Below, piece after piece: positions 9,501-19,310 of a stretch of DNA of 64,000 nt (positions are counted from its first letter, which is position 1; every line of letters starts with the position of its first letter). Under the pieces are notes generated by a model. The model made no database searches, was not told the DNA's origin, and saw nothing but the letters and a program-made list of their open reading frames with translations. Location of the stretch: IMG/VR virus record IMGVR_UViG_3300028840_004242, positions 1 through 64,000 of that record; one strand, 5' to 3'. Position numbers and translations under genes: made by a program. This stretch comes from an uncultured virus (IMG/VR IMGVR_UViG_3300028840_004242) (Duplodnaviria > Heunggongvirae > Uroviricota > Caudoviricetes).

Positions 9501-10872
9501 AGAACTTAGAAAAGAGGCTGAAGATTTTGAAAAGACCTCTCTTGATTTTAAAAAGAAAGGTCAAGAAGAGGCTCTTGAAATATCCCGTCAGGGGATGAGT
9601 GAAGAGCAGAAGTTCCGAAGCATAATGGCTGAAAGGGATGATGTTTTAAGAAGGGCTAGAATAACTAAAGATAAGGAACTTTTCAACAAAGCACTAGAAT
9701 TAACCAAACAGTTAGCCACCGAAGTTAAGGACGAAAATGGAGAAGTAATTTACACCCTTGAAGAGAATGCCCGTAGGTTCTCCCAACAGTATCAGGATAT
9801 CGCTCGTAATGCACAACTCACGTTTAAAAATCTATCAGAGGATAGAAAACAGGAACAACAGGATGTAGAAACAGCAATCACTAAGATGACTGATTTGTTA
9901 AAAGCATACAAAGGGGAGATGGATGAAATTTCAAGGAAGAAATTGGAATTACAAGCTGATGAAGCAATGGATAAATTGGATAAAATGTACGATTGGGTCA
10001 CCAAGTTCAGAAAGGAATGGGACCAAATTGAATCTAAATCAGTAGTTTTGAATGTTGAAGTTAAGCAGAGTGGAGGAGGTGGAAGCACTTCTACCACTAC
10101 TCCTGAAGGTGAGGGTGAAACTGTAGAGTCAGATTCGAGCGAGCGAACCTATATGAGAAAGGGAGGAATAGTTAAGCAAGTTAAAGAAGTAATTCACAGA
10201 AGAATAGGCGGATGGGCGGATAGGGCTAGAGGTAAGATAGCTGGATACGGAGGCGGAGACATTGTTAGAGCTATGTTGGAGCCTGGGGAATTTGTCGCCC
10301 GTAAAGAAGCTGTTAGCAAATATGGTCCTGATTTCTTTGAAGGTCTTAATAAGATGACGGTGCCGCAGACCGTAGTTGAGGCACAAGGAGGTGCCCAAAG
10401 ATCTGGTGGGTCTGAAACTGCTTCCACTGCTGCTTCTGCTGCTGGCGACGGTGGGGATGGCGGAGGGGTAGCTGCTAAAATAGGTGGCTTAATCAAAGAA
10501 ATCAAAAAGAAAGTTATCACTTCTAATACTAAAGTAGTCAAGTTGCGAAAGGGAGGCAATGTAGTGAACTATATAAGGTCTGCTGGTGCCCGTGTTCACT
10601 CCTCCCTTTCCAATATTTCTTATAGCACCCAAAGTAGGACGGCTTATGTGGCCGCTCGTACTGGAGGTTTAATAATGGCTCCTGCCCCTGCTCCTGCCAT
10701 AGTAAAGCTACAAGAAGGAGGAAATGTTCCTTACAGCTCTAAGGAACCAGGCAAAGTTATCAATGTTAATATAGCACCTAGGTATTTAACAGGCGACCGT
10801 AGGAGTATGCGACAGGCAGCGGTTGAAATTAAACGAGAACTCGAAGCACTAGGAGTAAGATGGGGAAAATAG
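6511..10872 (+). CDS. Tape measure protein (TP901-family core)
   Basis: 1453 aa; TP901-type core (DFDQALKNLQAIT, TKFSTGEVAEGMVLLGQAG, GLRASTIGTGLR); hydrophobic central region; long coiled coil. Confidence 0.92.
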   Translation: MADRTLNLGTLFTADIRDFLSKTARIREELRKMGAAFEQGARGGSKMGSETAAGIDKVDKSVKKSGKTVQEYSKQIAKVEGAWKRVLAAMKVTASYGLAASAIFSVVQALKAGVTEIIDFDQALKNLQAITRATDNEVLGMGETIKDVAQKTKFSTGEVAEGMVLLGQAGFSATEAMQSMEAVANLATGTLSDLKTTSDLLTTTIRAFGFQTVESARVSDVMSNAINRSKLTLDKLRIAFNFVGAAAAQTGLSLEETAAAMMVLANNGLRASTIGTGLRQVLARLLAPNRNLREEFEAHGIALTKVNPKLVGFQQALMNLKPILYDSERQVVDMGKAYRLFGLRGAQAAAILTRAFVTGDFSKMLEYTYEVGSAARMAAKQMEGLGVKIKNLADRAKLIAVAFGEGGAIGVMKGFIDVLRAVAKGIADFVSSGPGRLTTSFTVWTGTIWLSIQALRGLSVAFVFLGSKIGAAITTLRLYIQLLVQLQIVSGQSLLTFKGMKTALLNVGGIIKGFKGGWLLLAAAIGAVVAAIKFWLGAQERAVNAAIKTQQEQEKTVQTLRVYAQALSDLQARQNEGKDVSKEHAGLVARLRKEYELLNGVLSESVDAVGRNAVLTQRAYEEELKKSIIVTSDLAKEQKKLLDETGKWEGFKERVKRFGGVFVGVLADFGQWILKGIKWLADFGAKIIDLANIVLRKLSPAFAFFSDVGKKGLETLSKFLGYFTENLEDAGKSTEKYKKQNEELINTYVIMAQKLKEITKGQASIEDIIKQIEEMQGVKLSPEAISAITEELNKVTVKFEKETEEWEKQLGKLPKSFQEMFRSLDPIQKVEFAKRLKQMENEIAAAEDQIKILLGKEESFQKERAAIRAKYLAKFAEDMGKETKTTEESLNDQINLIQEFVEKENEEYEGRLEEREKTYEKELLLAQGNEEEVTRVKQENLEKRTQIEKDHQDTILGYQSVITQKRGELEAELTEKILKENAKVTQGIINELKKRQSELRKEAEDFEKTSLDFKKKGQEEALEISRQGMSEEQKFRSIMAERDDVLRRARITKDKELFNKALELTKQLATEVKDENGEVIYTLEENARRFSQQYQDIARNAQLTFKNLSEDRKQEQQDVETAITKMTDLLKAYKGEMDEISRKKLELQADEAMDKLDKMYDWVTKFRKEWDQIESKSVVLNVEVKQSGGGGSTSTTTPEGEGETVESDSSERTYMRKGGIVKQVKEVIHRRIGGWADRARGKIAGYGGGDIVRAMLEPGEFVARKEAVSKYGPDFFEGLNKMTVPQTVVEAQGGAQRSGGSETASTAASAAGDGGDGGGVAAKIGGLIKEIKKKVITSNTKVVKLRKGGNVVNYIRSAGARVHSSLSNISYSTQSRTAYVAARTGGLIMAPAPAPAIVKLQEGGNVPYSSKEPGKVINVNIAPRYLTGDRRSMRQAAVEIKRELEALGVRWGK

Positions 10873-10873
10873 A

Positions 10874-11608
10874 ATGTCATCTGTAAAATTATTTCCTTAC
10901 AATATATTAGCGGAAGACGCTTCGGTAACCGTTACAGGATCTCCTGATAGCGGTTATCCTGAAAGTAGACTTTATGACAGGTCGATTGACTTCTATTGGA
11001 AATACACTAATACTGGAGACATTAGTATAGAGTGCGATCAAGGATCTGGTATTCTTAATGTTGATTTCTTAGCGATTGAAAGACATAATTTTAATGGAAG
11101 AACGATGCATTGGGAATATAGTGATAATGGAAGTAGTTGGTCACCTGCTGTTACCAGTTGGACTCAGTCTGGTAATACTCAAATCATAAAAACCCTTACT
11201 ACAGCTTTAACTCACCGTTATTGGAGAATACGGGTTATTGGTGCTGTAAATCCTCAATGTACTGAGGTGTGGATGAGTTTAGGGTATGAGTTTAGGATTA
11301 ATTATGAAAGTCCTTCAGGTAAACCACTACCTAATGTTCGCTGGCGTGAAACATTGGGAGGCATGGAGAGGAGCACCAAGCTAGGAGGAGTTAGAAGGGA
11401 AAGAAATTACACATTACCTCATTTTCAGAATGACTATACGTTGGCTTCTTTTAGGCAGGCAGAGGATTATCTGGACGACTATTCTAAACCTCTTTATATA
11501 ATGGATCATGAAGGCAATTATTGGTTTGCTAGGATAAGAGATACAGAAGAAAACTATAATACGGAAGAAACTGCTGAACGAGATATTGAATTCTTAGAGA
11601 TGCTATGA
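10874..11608 (+). CDS. Probable distal tail protein
   Basis: Directly follows the tape measure gene; beta-sandwich-like (HRYWRIRV). Confidence 0.55.
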   Translation: MSSVKLFPYNILAEDASVTVTGSPDSGYPESRLYDRSIDFYWKYTNTGDISIECDQGSGILNVDFLAIERHNFNGRTMHWEYSDNGSSWSPAVTSWTQSGNTQIIKTLTTALTHRYWRIRVIGAVNPQCTEVWMSLGYEFRINYESPSGKPLPNVRWRETLGGMERSTKLGGVRRERNYTLPHFQNDYTLASFRQAEDYLDDYSKPLYIMDHEGNYWFARIRDTEENYNTEETAERDIEFLEML

Positions 11609-14220
11609 AAACCTTAACCTCTTTTAATCAAACAGCTTCGGACAGTCCACATACTGATTTAATAAGATTAGCCAAGATAGAATTAAGCGGTCTTACACTT
11701 TATTTTTGTGACCGTTCTTTTGGTAGTGCTGGGTCTGAAATGGAGTTCAACAGTCAGCTCTATGAACCCATGGTTCTTAGTTGGAGTGAAATAAGATCAG
11801 GAAAGGTGGGATTAGAAGGTAAACCCAGTGAACCAGGAGAAACTAGTTTTGTAATAGACAACACCATTCCTGTGGGAGGTGTGGATTACTTCACCAAACT
11901 CTTTAATTATTACAAACCTGCTTATTCCGTAGTAACCATATCTGAAATATTTGAAGGAGCCTCTGCTTCAGATGAAATCATACGTTTTAAGGGTAGCATT
12001 GAAGATATCGATATGGGATGGGAAGAGGTAACCCTTCACTGTTCTGATCTTAGTATAGATATAGATAAAAAGATAGAATTTGAGGTGATGGATGAGGAGA
12101 CATATCCTGAAGCTGATCCAGATGATTGGGGCAAAATGCTACCAATTGTTTATGGTCAGGCTAAACGAGTTCCTTTCCTAGCTGCTGATGCAGGATCTAT
12201 GTCTACATTGGTAACTAATATTACCAATGTACAAAGTACTTTCGATGTTTCAGAAGGAAGTAAATTTCCTTCTGGTGGTGCAGAGATTCAAATAGACTTT
12301 GAGAGAATATTGTATGTTCAAAGAGTGGGCAATACACTTACTGGATGTATCAGGGGATATAATGGAACAGATGCAGTAGCTCATAATGTAGGTGCAACAG
12401 TGGCAGAGATTCAGACAGCCTATATTTACTTGATAGGGCATCCTGTTCATTCTATTGATGACGTATATGTTATAAATAGAAATTCAGATGAGAATGTTCT
12501 TCAGTCAGGAAACTATACGGTTTATACAGGGCAGAGCGGAGATGAGCATACCGATTATCCTGGAAAGGCTGTGATTCAATTTAACACTATTCCCTCTATT
12601 GAAGCCCAGGTTAATGTAGAGATAGAGGATACTATAGATGTAGATGATAATATTGCGGTTCAAGATGCACAGCATAAGCATAACGCAGGAGGGGTAGATT
12701 ACGAAGTATATGAGTTTGAACAAGCTAGGTATACTGTAGGAGATGGAGGTTGGTTTTCATGTAGTGATATCTATCACCAAGAAAATTGTACTCTTAAAAA
12801 TATTGTAGATAATAATGTTACTAGTTGGTGTGCTATGCAAGGTCAGGGCACTAATGTTGAATTATCTAAAGTTTTTGTTCAAGATGCACCTGGTGATATC
12901 GAACAATACCGTGTTTGTTGTGCTATTTATGCTGCTGATACAAATTGTGGTGTACATGTTGATTTTATTAATAGTACTATTGATTGGTCAAGGACAGGTG
13001 GGGACTTTGTAGTAAATGTGATAGAGAAAGGACCATGGAGGGAGTATAGTGGCACCTGGGAGAATTTCTTAAATGAGGAAGCTAATATAACAAGAACAGG
13101 CACTAGTGCTGGAGGTTATGTTTTAGCGAGTCTTGTATGGGTGGAGTTAATAATTGGTGCGGAGGTGCCTCAATCTTATTCAGGTGTTACTAAGCAGAAT
13201 ACAGTCCTCAAAATAGGTACTGTAGAATTAGTAGGTAATAGCGTAGCTGATACAGTAATCGGGGGTAGGGTTTCGGCTGACATACAAGGATATGAAGCGG
13301 ACGATTCGGGCGATTATGGCACTGACGGAGAAGTGATAGAAAGGCCTGATTACATACTAAAGCACTTCCTGATAGAACGCTGTGGTTTAACCTCCAGTGA
13401 AATAGGAACTACATACACACAAGCAGGCTCTGATTATGATTCTAATAATATCACCCTTGCTCCTGTACTTCTGGAAAAACCTAATATTAGGGAGTTCATT
13501 AGTCAAATAGCTTTTCAATCCCGTAGTATAGAGTATTGGGAGGAAGGCAAGCATAATCTTAAATGGATACCTTACACTGACACTTCAGATAAAACCATCG
13601 AAGCAGCCCGTATAGACATAGAATCTATATTGTTGAGCTATACACCAAGAGCTGAAATATTGAATAAGTTTGTAGGTGCCTACAATAAGGAATGGATAGG
13701 TGCCTTTGGTTCCAGTGCTTATTCTGAGGAGATAGAATCTCAAAGGAATGTAGTTCTAGCTCAGTCTGTTACAAGTCAAGCTGATTTTGGAGTATTGGAA
13801 GAAGATCCACTTCAGCTTGATTTTATCAGAGATGAATCACTAGCTCAACGCATACTTAACTATTTTAGAGACGTTAGGTGTCAACCACGATTAGTAGTGG
13901 AGTACACAGGGGGACAGTACCTTACTGATTTTGAAAAAGGAGATATTTTTGATTTTGTATTTGAAGCGGATGCGGATCTAGATAAAAGACTGCTCGGCTT
14001 GGTCACAAGTGAAGGAACTCAGTTTAGAATTATCGACATGGAGCACAGGGAAGGAGGGGTGATATGGATACAGGGTATATTAGTAGTTTCCTCTTCTACC
14101 TCTTCTGGTGCTTTTTATCCTTCCTCAGCATCTGATGACGGCTATACCCAAGGATCTACTTTTTACAATGACACAATCGCTATACCTATAGGCGATTATC
14201 AAGGAAGCCCTGTTTACTAA
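11605..14220 (+). CDS. Tail tip / baseplate hub protein
   Basis: 871 aa; GKMLPIVYG motif and hub-like C-terminal region; synteny. Confidence 0.65.
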   Translation: MKTLTSFNQTASDSPHTDLIRLAKIELSGLTLYFCDRSFGSAGSEMEFNSQLYEPMVLSWSEIRSGKVGLEGKPSEPGETSFVIDNTIPVGGVDYFTKLFNYYKPAYSVVTISEIFEGASASDEIIRFKGSIEDIDMGWEEVTLHCSDLSIDIDKKIEFEVMDEETYPEADPDDWGKMLPIVYGQAKRVPFLAADAGSMSTLVTNITNVQSTFDVSEGSKFPSGGAEIQIDFERILYVQRVGNTLTGCIRGYNGTDAVAHNVGATVAEIQTAYIYLIGHPVHSIDDVYVINRNSDENVLQSGNYTVYTGQSGDEHTDYPGKAVIQFNTIPSIEAQVNVEIEDTIDVDDNIAVQDAQHKHNAGGVDYEVYEFEQARYTVGDGGWFSCSDIYHQENCTLKNIVDNNVTSWCAMQGQGTNVELSKVFVQDAPGDIEQYRVCCAIYAADTNCGVHVDFINSTIDWSRTGGDFVVNVIEKGPWREYSGTWENFLNEEANITRTGTSAGGYVLASLVWVELIIGAEVPQSYSGVTKQNTVLKIGTVELVGNSVADTVIGGRVSADIQGYEADDSGDYGTDGEVIERPDYILKHFLIERCGLTSSEIGTTYTQAGSDYDSNNITLAPVLLEKPNIREFISQIAFQSRSIEYWEEGKHNLKWIPYTDTSDKTIEAARIDIESILLSYTPRAEILNKFVGAYNKEWIGAFGSSAYSEEIESQRNVVLAQSVTSQADFGVLEEDPLQLDFIRDESLAQRILNYFRDVRCQPRLVVEYTGGQYLTDFEKGDIFDFVFEADADLDKRLLGLVTSEGTQFRIIDMEHREGGVIWIQGILVVSSSTSSGAFYPSSASDDGYTQGSTFYNDTIAIPIGDYQGSPVY

Positions 14221-16097
14221 TGGCAAAAACTTTTATCAGATTTAATAATGTTGTTATTCCTGAGGAATCTGTTATAGCCAGAGCCTTTGTGGTTTTCACT
14301 TCTTATTCTTCTCTAGACTCTATAGATGCTAATGTTAAATGCTATTTTGCTAATCAAGATAATCCTTCCGCTCCTTCCTCTAAAAGTGATTTAGATAGTA
14401 GACCTTTGACCTCTTCTGTGGACTGGACAAACCTCCAAGAATGGGTAGATAATAGGGTGTACACTACTCCTGATCTCAGAGACATACTACAAACAGTGAT
14501 GGATAGGGAGGGATGGGAGAGCGGTAATAGTGTTCTTTTTATAATGGAAGACGATAGTTCTGACACTGGATCCCGTCGTGAGTTTTCGGCTATTGAGTTC
14601 CTTAGTGGGGCTGAGAAAGCAGAACTTAGGTTGTCTTGGGAACCTCCACGTCAAATAGAGAGGGTGGATTTTATTCCTGCACCAGGGGCTTATAGTGAGG
14701 ATGTGGATGTAGAGTTAGTAGCTTACCCTTCTGGATGTTCTATCTATTATACTTTAGATGGAAGTGATCCAGATGAAAATTCTTATCTTTATTCTTCTGC
14801 TCTTCCTTTGATCACTTCTGAGTATAATTATCATATAAGGGCTCGTGCTTACAAAGATCATTGGCTTCCAAGTGAAATATATGATGGTTATTATTTTACC
14901 ACTACTATTGTTAAGGTTGAGGAGATATTTGATTCTGGTGAGAATCGTTTGAGGTATGTAGATATTGCTTTGGATTCTAATGATGTTCCTCATTTATTCT
15001 TTGGAAAGTTAAATCCTCTTGTAGGAGTACTTGGAAGTTATGAATTATATTATATCAATAGAATAGGAGGATCGTGGTCACCAATGGAATTGATCCGTCA
15101 GATTCCTTATGACGGTACTTATAGGCAGATTAATCGAGACATGGGTATAGTGATAGATAGTAATGACGACCCTATTGTTTACTGGTCTGAGAATAGAGAA
15201 AGTGGAATCTATAATGCTGATTTTTGCAGGGCAAAGAAAAGTGGAGGATCTTGGTCATTAGAAACTCCAGTATCAGATCTAAGTTCTTATTTAGTATTGG
15301 ATTTTGAATATTTTATAGAGGAAGATGATACAGAACATGTGATGTTTACTGACTATACAGGTGTATATCCTGTAAGATGGTTTTCGAGGAACCCTAACAC
15401 TGGTAATTGGTCTTATGGTGGTCAATTTTCTAGTAATGTGGATTATGATTTTGTGATAGACAGTAATGGTTATATCCATTGTGTATATGGATCTAACAAT
15501 CTTACCAGTATTTATTATAGGACTAATGCATCTGGTTCTTGGGTAACAGAGTCTTGGCTTCATCATCCAGAAAATGAAGATATAAAAATCTTTGGTACTT
15601 TCAATATAGGATTAGGTATAGGAGATGAAGTTCATATAATGTGGGCTGGTAATGAGTATCATCAAGAAGCTGCCTGTGGTGGAATACATAGGTTTAATTC
15701 TAGAATCATAAGGTGGTATAAGGATGAAGAAGGAACTTGGGTTCGAAGGATATATGAAGATGCTGGTAAGAAATGGGATGAGGCTGGGGATTGTAGAGAT
15801 AATTGGTATACAGCATTAGATATGGAAATGCTACCTATAAATGCAGAAAACAATGTGCCTAGTTTTGTAGGACGTTGGTGCAGTTATAGCACCTGTTACG
15901 TGACACTTTGGAGAGGGTATGGAGCAAATATAAATATAGAAGGGGGATACGAAGAGGACGAATCTGCTGAGTGTAATGCTGTAGATAGTGATCTTAATAA
16001 TCATTTAGCGTGGGTATGGGAAAACGAAGATGTAACTCCTAATACATATAAATTAAAATATGGAACCACTGCAATTGAGTGGAGAGAGTATTTGTAA
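14220..16097 (+). CDS. Tail-associated protein: DNRLRE-like domain, Fn3-associated domain, beta-propeller-like region
   Basis: FIRFNNVVIP start; IYYTLDGSDPDENS (Fn3-associated/CHB_HEX_C-like); repeated DSN-x-x-H propeller-type blades. Confidence 0.6.
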   Translation: MAKTFIRFNNVVIPEESVIARAFVVFTSYSSLDSIDANVKCYFANQDNPSAPSSKSDLDSRPLTSSVDWTNLQEWVDNRVYTTPDLRDILQTVMDREGWESGNSVLFIMEDDSSDTGSRREFSAIEFLSGAEKAELRLSWEPPRQIERVDFIPAPGAYSEDVDVELVAYPSGCSIYYTLDGSDPDENSYLYSSALPLITSEYNYHIRARAYKDHWLPSEIYDGYYFTTTIVKVEEIFDSGENRLRYVDIALDSNDVPHLFFGKLNPLVGVLGSYELYYINRIGGSWSPMELIRQIPYDGTYRQINRDMGIVIDSNDDPIVYWSENRESGIYNADFCRAKKSGGSWSLETPVSDLSSYLVLDFEYFIEEDDTEHVMFTDYTGVYPVRWFSRNPNTGNWSYGGQFSSNVDYDFVIDSNGYIHCVYGSNNLTSIYYRTNASGSWVTESWLHHPENEDIKIFGTFNIGLGIGDEVHIMWAGNEYHQEAACGGIHRFNSRIIRWYKDEEGTWVRRIYEDAGKKWDEAGDCRDNWYTALDMEMLPINAENNVPSFVGRWCSYSTCYVTLWRGYGANINIEGGYEEDESAECNAVDSDLNNHLAWVWENEDVTPNTYKLKYGTTAIEWREYL

Positions 16098-19000
16098 TGG
16101 CGAAAGCATTTATTAGATTTACAGGTGTGAATATTCCTCAGGGAAGCAGTATCAATTTGGCTTTCGCTCGATTTATAGCATATGGAGCTACCAATGCTTC
16201 AAATGCCAATGTTACCTATTATTTTGTAAATGCTGATAATCCTAGTGCACCAGCTAATAAGACAGAGTTAGATGCCTTCAGTTTAACTTCTGGTATAAAC
16301 CAAAGCGATCTACTTGCTTGGGGCGACGGTACAGGCTATAGCACTCCTAACCTAGCTTCTATACTTCAAACAGTGATAGACAGGAGTGGTTGGGCGAGCG
16401 GCAATGCTATTATATTGGTGATAGACGACAATAGTTCTGACACCGGATCCCATCGTATGTTTAGCAGTTATGACTATAATAGTGGTTCGGAGAAGCCTAC
16501 CTTCTATGTAGATTGGCGTAGTCAGTGGCTACAGTATTTTAATTATACTCGTTGGGAACCTGATCATATAGATCCTGAAACTGACATCGAAGTTGAATGG
16601 GATTCTGTTAATGGTGATTGGGATTTCAATGTAAATGCAGATTCAAATGGTGGTCGTCTAAGAGCTATTGGTACTTGGATGATTAACTTCAGACCTGAAA
16701 AGATTAAAATCATCCATGATCATGGAGGCAGTCCAAATCTTGAAATAATGACCACTAATGGTCAATGCTGGCAAGGTAATTATGCTTCAGGTACTGTGAT
16801 TTACCCTAATTGGGTGAATAGAGGAGATATAGATTACTTTACCTTTACCTTAAGTGCTGGAGACGACACACCATTCAATGTAACTGATATACTGCTTTGG
16901 GATACAAGAACCACCGCAAGTCAAACAACAACCTCTACCACTACATCTACTTATAGCACAACCAGCACATTATCCACCACAAGTAGTTTCACCACTACTA
17001 CTGGATCTACTACTTTCTCTAGTACCACTTCAACAACCAGTAGTAGTACCAGCACTACAATGAGCACGAGTAGTACAGAGACCACCTATACTACTAGCAC
17101 TACAGGAACTACTGGGAGCACCACTTCTAGTACTCATTCGAGCACTACTTCCTTTACCAGTACAAGTACCAGCACCTTCAGCACAACCAGTACATCTACA
17201 TCAAGCACCAGCACTTCTACCTATAGTACAACCAGCACTTATTCTACCACCAGTACCAGCACCAGTACATTCACTACGACTAGTACATACTCTACCACCA
17301 GTACCAGCACATCAACCTACTCGACCACAAGTACTTTTATAACAACCACATCTTCTTCTACTTCTAGCACCAGCACCAGCACCAGCACCAGCACATACTC
17401 CACTACTACATCTTCAGCTACTACCACCACTCAAACTGTACCTTGTGATAATTGGAGTAGTGATCATACATCAGGAGGAACTGCTTCGGCTTTTTCAACG
17501 CAGGCTGGTAGTGACCCAGATAATGCTTTTGACGATAATGATAGTACTTATTGGCAGGCTACAGTAGATCTGTTTCCAAATTGGATACAGATTGAAATGA
17601 CATCAGCTTGGATTGTGCATAGGGTTAGATTACTTTTTAACAACGCTTCTTATAGGCCTACAGGATTGTCAATCTTATCTTCGGCTACAGGTAATTTTGC
17701 AGGGGAGGAAACTACTCATTATTCTGGAGAGAATCCTAAGGGAGGATGGAATACTTATGATATATTAGATAATACATTACATCATAAGTATTGGCGTTTT
17801 AGATTTACTGATGCTTTTGATAGTACTAATGTTTATTTGCATGAGGTAGAATTATTAACTTGTGGTACTCTTACAACCACTACAACTACCTATACAACTA
17901 CATCTACCAGTACATATAGCACAACCAGTACCAGCACCTCGACCTTTAGCACAACTAGTACATACTCAACTACCAGTACCAGCACCAGCACCTATTCAAC
18001 CACAAGCACAAGTACCAGCACCTTCAGCACAACCAGCACCAGCACCAGCACCAGTACATACTCTACAACCAGCACAAGCACCAGCACCTTCAGCACAACT
18101 AGTACCAGCACCAGTACATACTCTACTACAAGTACCAGTACAAGTACCAGCACCTATTCAACCACAAGCACAAGTACCAGCACCAGTACCAGCACCAGTA
18201 CATATTCAACCACCAGTACCAGTACATCTACTAGCACAAGTACCAGCACATATTCAAGCACCAGCACAAGCACCAGCACATACTCAACCACTAGCACAAG
18301 CACCAGCACATACTCGACCACTAGTACCTATTCAACAACTAGTACAAGCACTAGTACCTATTCAACAACCAGCACAAGCACGAGCACAAGCACCAGTACT
18401 AGCACTTACTCTACCACAAGCACTTACTCTACCACAAGTACCAGTTCTAGTACAGCATCTACAACCAGCACCTTAAGTACCACATCGTCTACAGCATCTA
18501 CAACCAGCACCTCATCTACCACAAGTACCAGTTCTAGTACAGCATCTACAACCAGCACCTTCAGCACTACCACTACAACCGAGCCCCCTCCTGTTCCTGA
18601 CTTTGAAGATGATTGTTCCGGTACTTTTACTGATAAATGGATCGATAACTCTAATAGTAATAATCATGCTCAATATACAAGTGGACAATTAGAATTAGAT
18701 CTTAATACAGCAGGTGGAAATTATGGATGTAATGCACTTTTGAAAGATGCTTTGGATGCTTCGGGACAATGGTCTTTCAAATTTTGGTTTAAACCTACAA
18801 ACAATCCATACGATGATGGTCTAATTAATTATATACAAGGTTTTGAAATAGTCGAGGCGAGTCCAACTTACTATACTGGTTCTTGGGATTATAACAGATG
18901 TGAACTTGATATGGGTTCTGCTGGAGATAAAATAAGATTGGCAATGAGGTCAGATACTAGTGGATTAATAACTGTTACAGAAGTTAGTGGTGGTAGTGGA

Positions 19001-19249
19001 AACACTCTTATTAATGAATCATTTACATACGATGAAACAAATGGACATAATGTGGAAATTGTCCTTAATTTTGATGAAGAATGGATTGAGTTATATGTAG
19101 ACGATACCCAGTATGGATCACAGCAGTCGGTATCTAGTACGATTCTTTCAGCAATTGGAAGCTCTTTTAAGGTTAATTTACATTATCATAACTATTTAAA
19201 ATCAGGATATAATTGTTGGTTCGACAATTTTGAGTTTACACAGAGTTAA
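16079..19249 (+). CDS. Tail fibre-like protein with two Thr/Ser-rich stalks, an F5/8 (discoidin) domain and a C-terminal lectin-like domain
   Basis: Likely ATG start at 16097. N-domain paralogous to the 14220 ORF. T/S blocks at about 16905-17440 and 17866-18590. NAFDDNDSTYW...WIQIEM discoidin signature. Confidence 0.7.
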   Translation: MERVFVMAKAFIRFTGVNIPQGSSINLAFARFIAYGATNASNANVTYYFVNADNPSAPANKTELDAFSLTSGINQSDLLAWGDGTGYSTPNLASILQTVIDRSGWASGNAIILVIDDNSSDTGSHRMFSSYDYNSGSEKPTFYVDWRSQWLQYFNYTRWEPDHIDPETDIEVEWDSVNGDWDFNVNADSNGGRLRAIGTWMINFRPEKIKIIHDHGGSPNLEIMTTNGQCWQGNYASGTVIYPNWVNRGDIDYFTFTLSAGDDTPFNVTDILLWDTRTTASQTTTSTTTSTYSTTSTLSTTSSFTTTTGSTTFSSTTSTTSSSTSTTMSTSSTETTYTTSTTGTTGSTTSSTHSSTTSFTSTSTSTFSTTSTSTSSTSTSTYSTTSTYSTTSTSTSTFTTTSTYSTTSTSTSTYSTTSTFITTTSSSTSSTSTSTSTSTYSTTTSSATTTTQTVPCDNWSSDHTSGGTASAFSTQAGSDPDNAFDDNDSTYWQATVDLFPNWIQIEMTSAWIVHRVRLLFNNASYRPTGLSILSSATGNFAGEETTHYSGENPKGGWNTYDILDNTLHHKYWRFRFTDAFDSTNVYLHEVELLTCGTLTTTTTTYTTTSTSTYSTTSTSTSTFSTTSTYSTTSTSTSTYSTTSTSTSTFSTTSTSTSTSTYSTTSTSTSTFSTTSTSTSTYSTTSTSTSTSTYSTTSTSTSTSTSTSTYSTTSTSTSTSTSTSTYSSTSTSTSTYSTTSTSTSTYSTTSTYSTTSTSTSTYSTTSTSTSTSTSTSTYSTTSTYSTTSTSSSTASTTSTLSTTSSTASTTSTSSTTSTSSSTASTTSTFSTTTTTEPPPVPDFEDDCSGTFTDKWIDNSNSNNHAQYTSGQLELDLNTAGGNYGCNALLKDALDASGQWSFKFWFKPTNNPYDDGLINYIQGFEIVEASPTYYTGSWDYNRCELDMGSAGDKIRLAMRSDTSGLITVTEVSGGSGNTLINESFTYDETNGHNVEIVLNFDEEWIELYVDDTQYGSQQSVSSTILSAIGSSFKVNLHYHNYLKSGYNCWFDNFEFTQS

Positions 19250-19257
19250 CGGATATA

Positions 19258-19266
19258 TGCTATAAT
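19258..19266 (+). promoter_or_regulatory. Extended -10 element (TGCTATAAT) upstream of the glycosylation cluster
   Basis: TGnTATAAT consensus in the gap before 19311. The same 9-mer occurs on the minus strand at 43191-43199, upstream of the 43164 ORF. Confidence 0.45.
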
Positions 19267-19310
19267 CATATAGCGTCAATCATTAACCAAATGAAGAAAG
19301 GAGTAGGAAG

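Noticed and set aside
6873..10559. Long minus-strand ORFs within the tape measure gene
   Set aside because: Antisense to a clearly genuine gene; no recognisable motifs.
14220..16520. Duplicated N-terminal domains as a diversity-generating retroelement TR/VR pair
   Set aside because: No reverse transcriptase seen, differences are not adenine-specific, and both copies are coding N-termini.
17862..18476. Alternative-frame Gln/Pro/Ala-rich ORF (also 33069..33398 and 33480..33698)
   Set aside because: Off-frame reading of the T/S repeat, which is naturally poor in stop codons; no independent start signals or slippery site seen.
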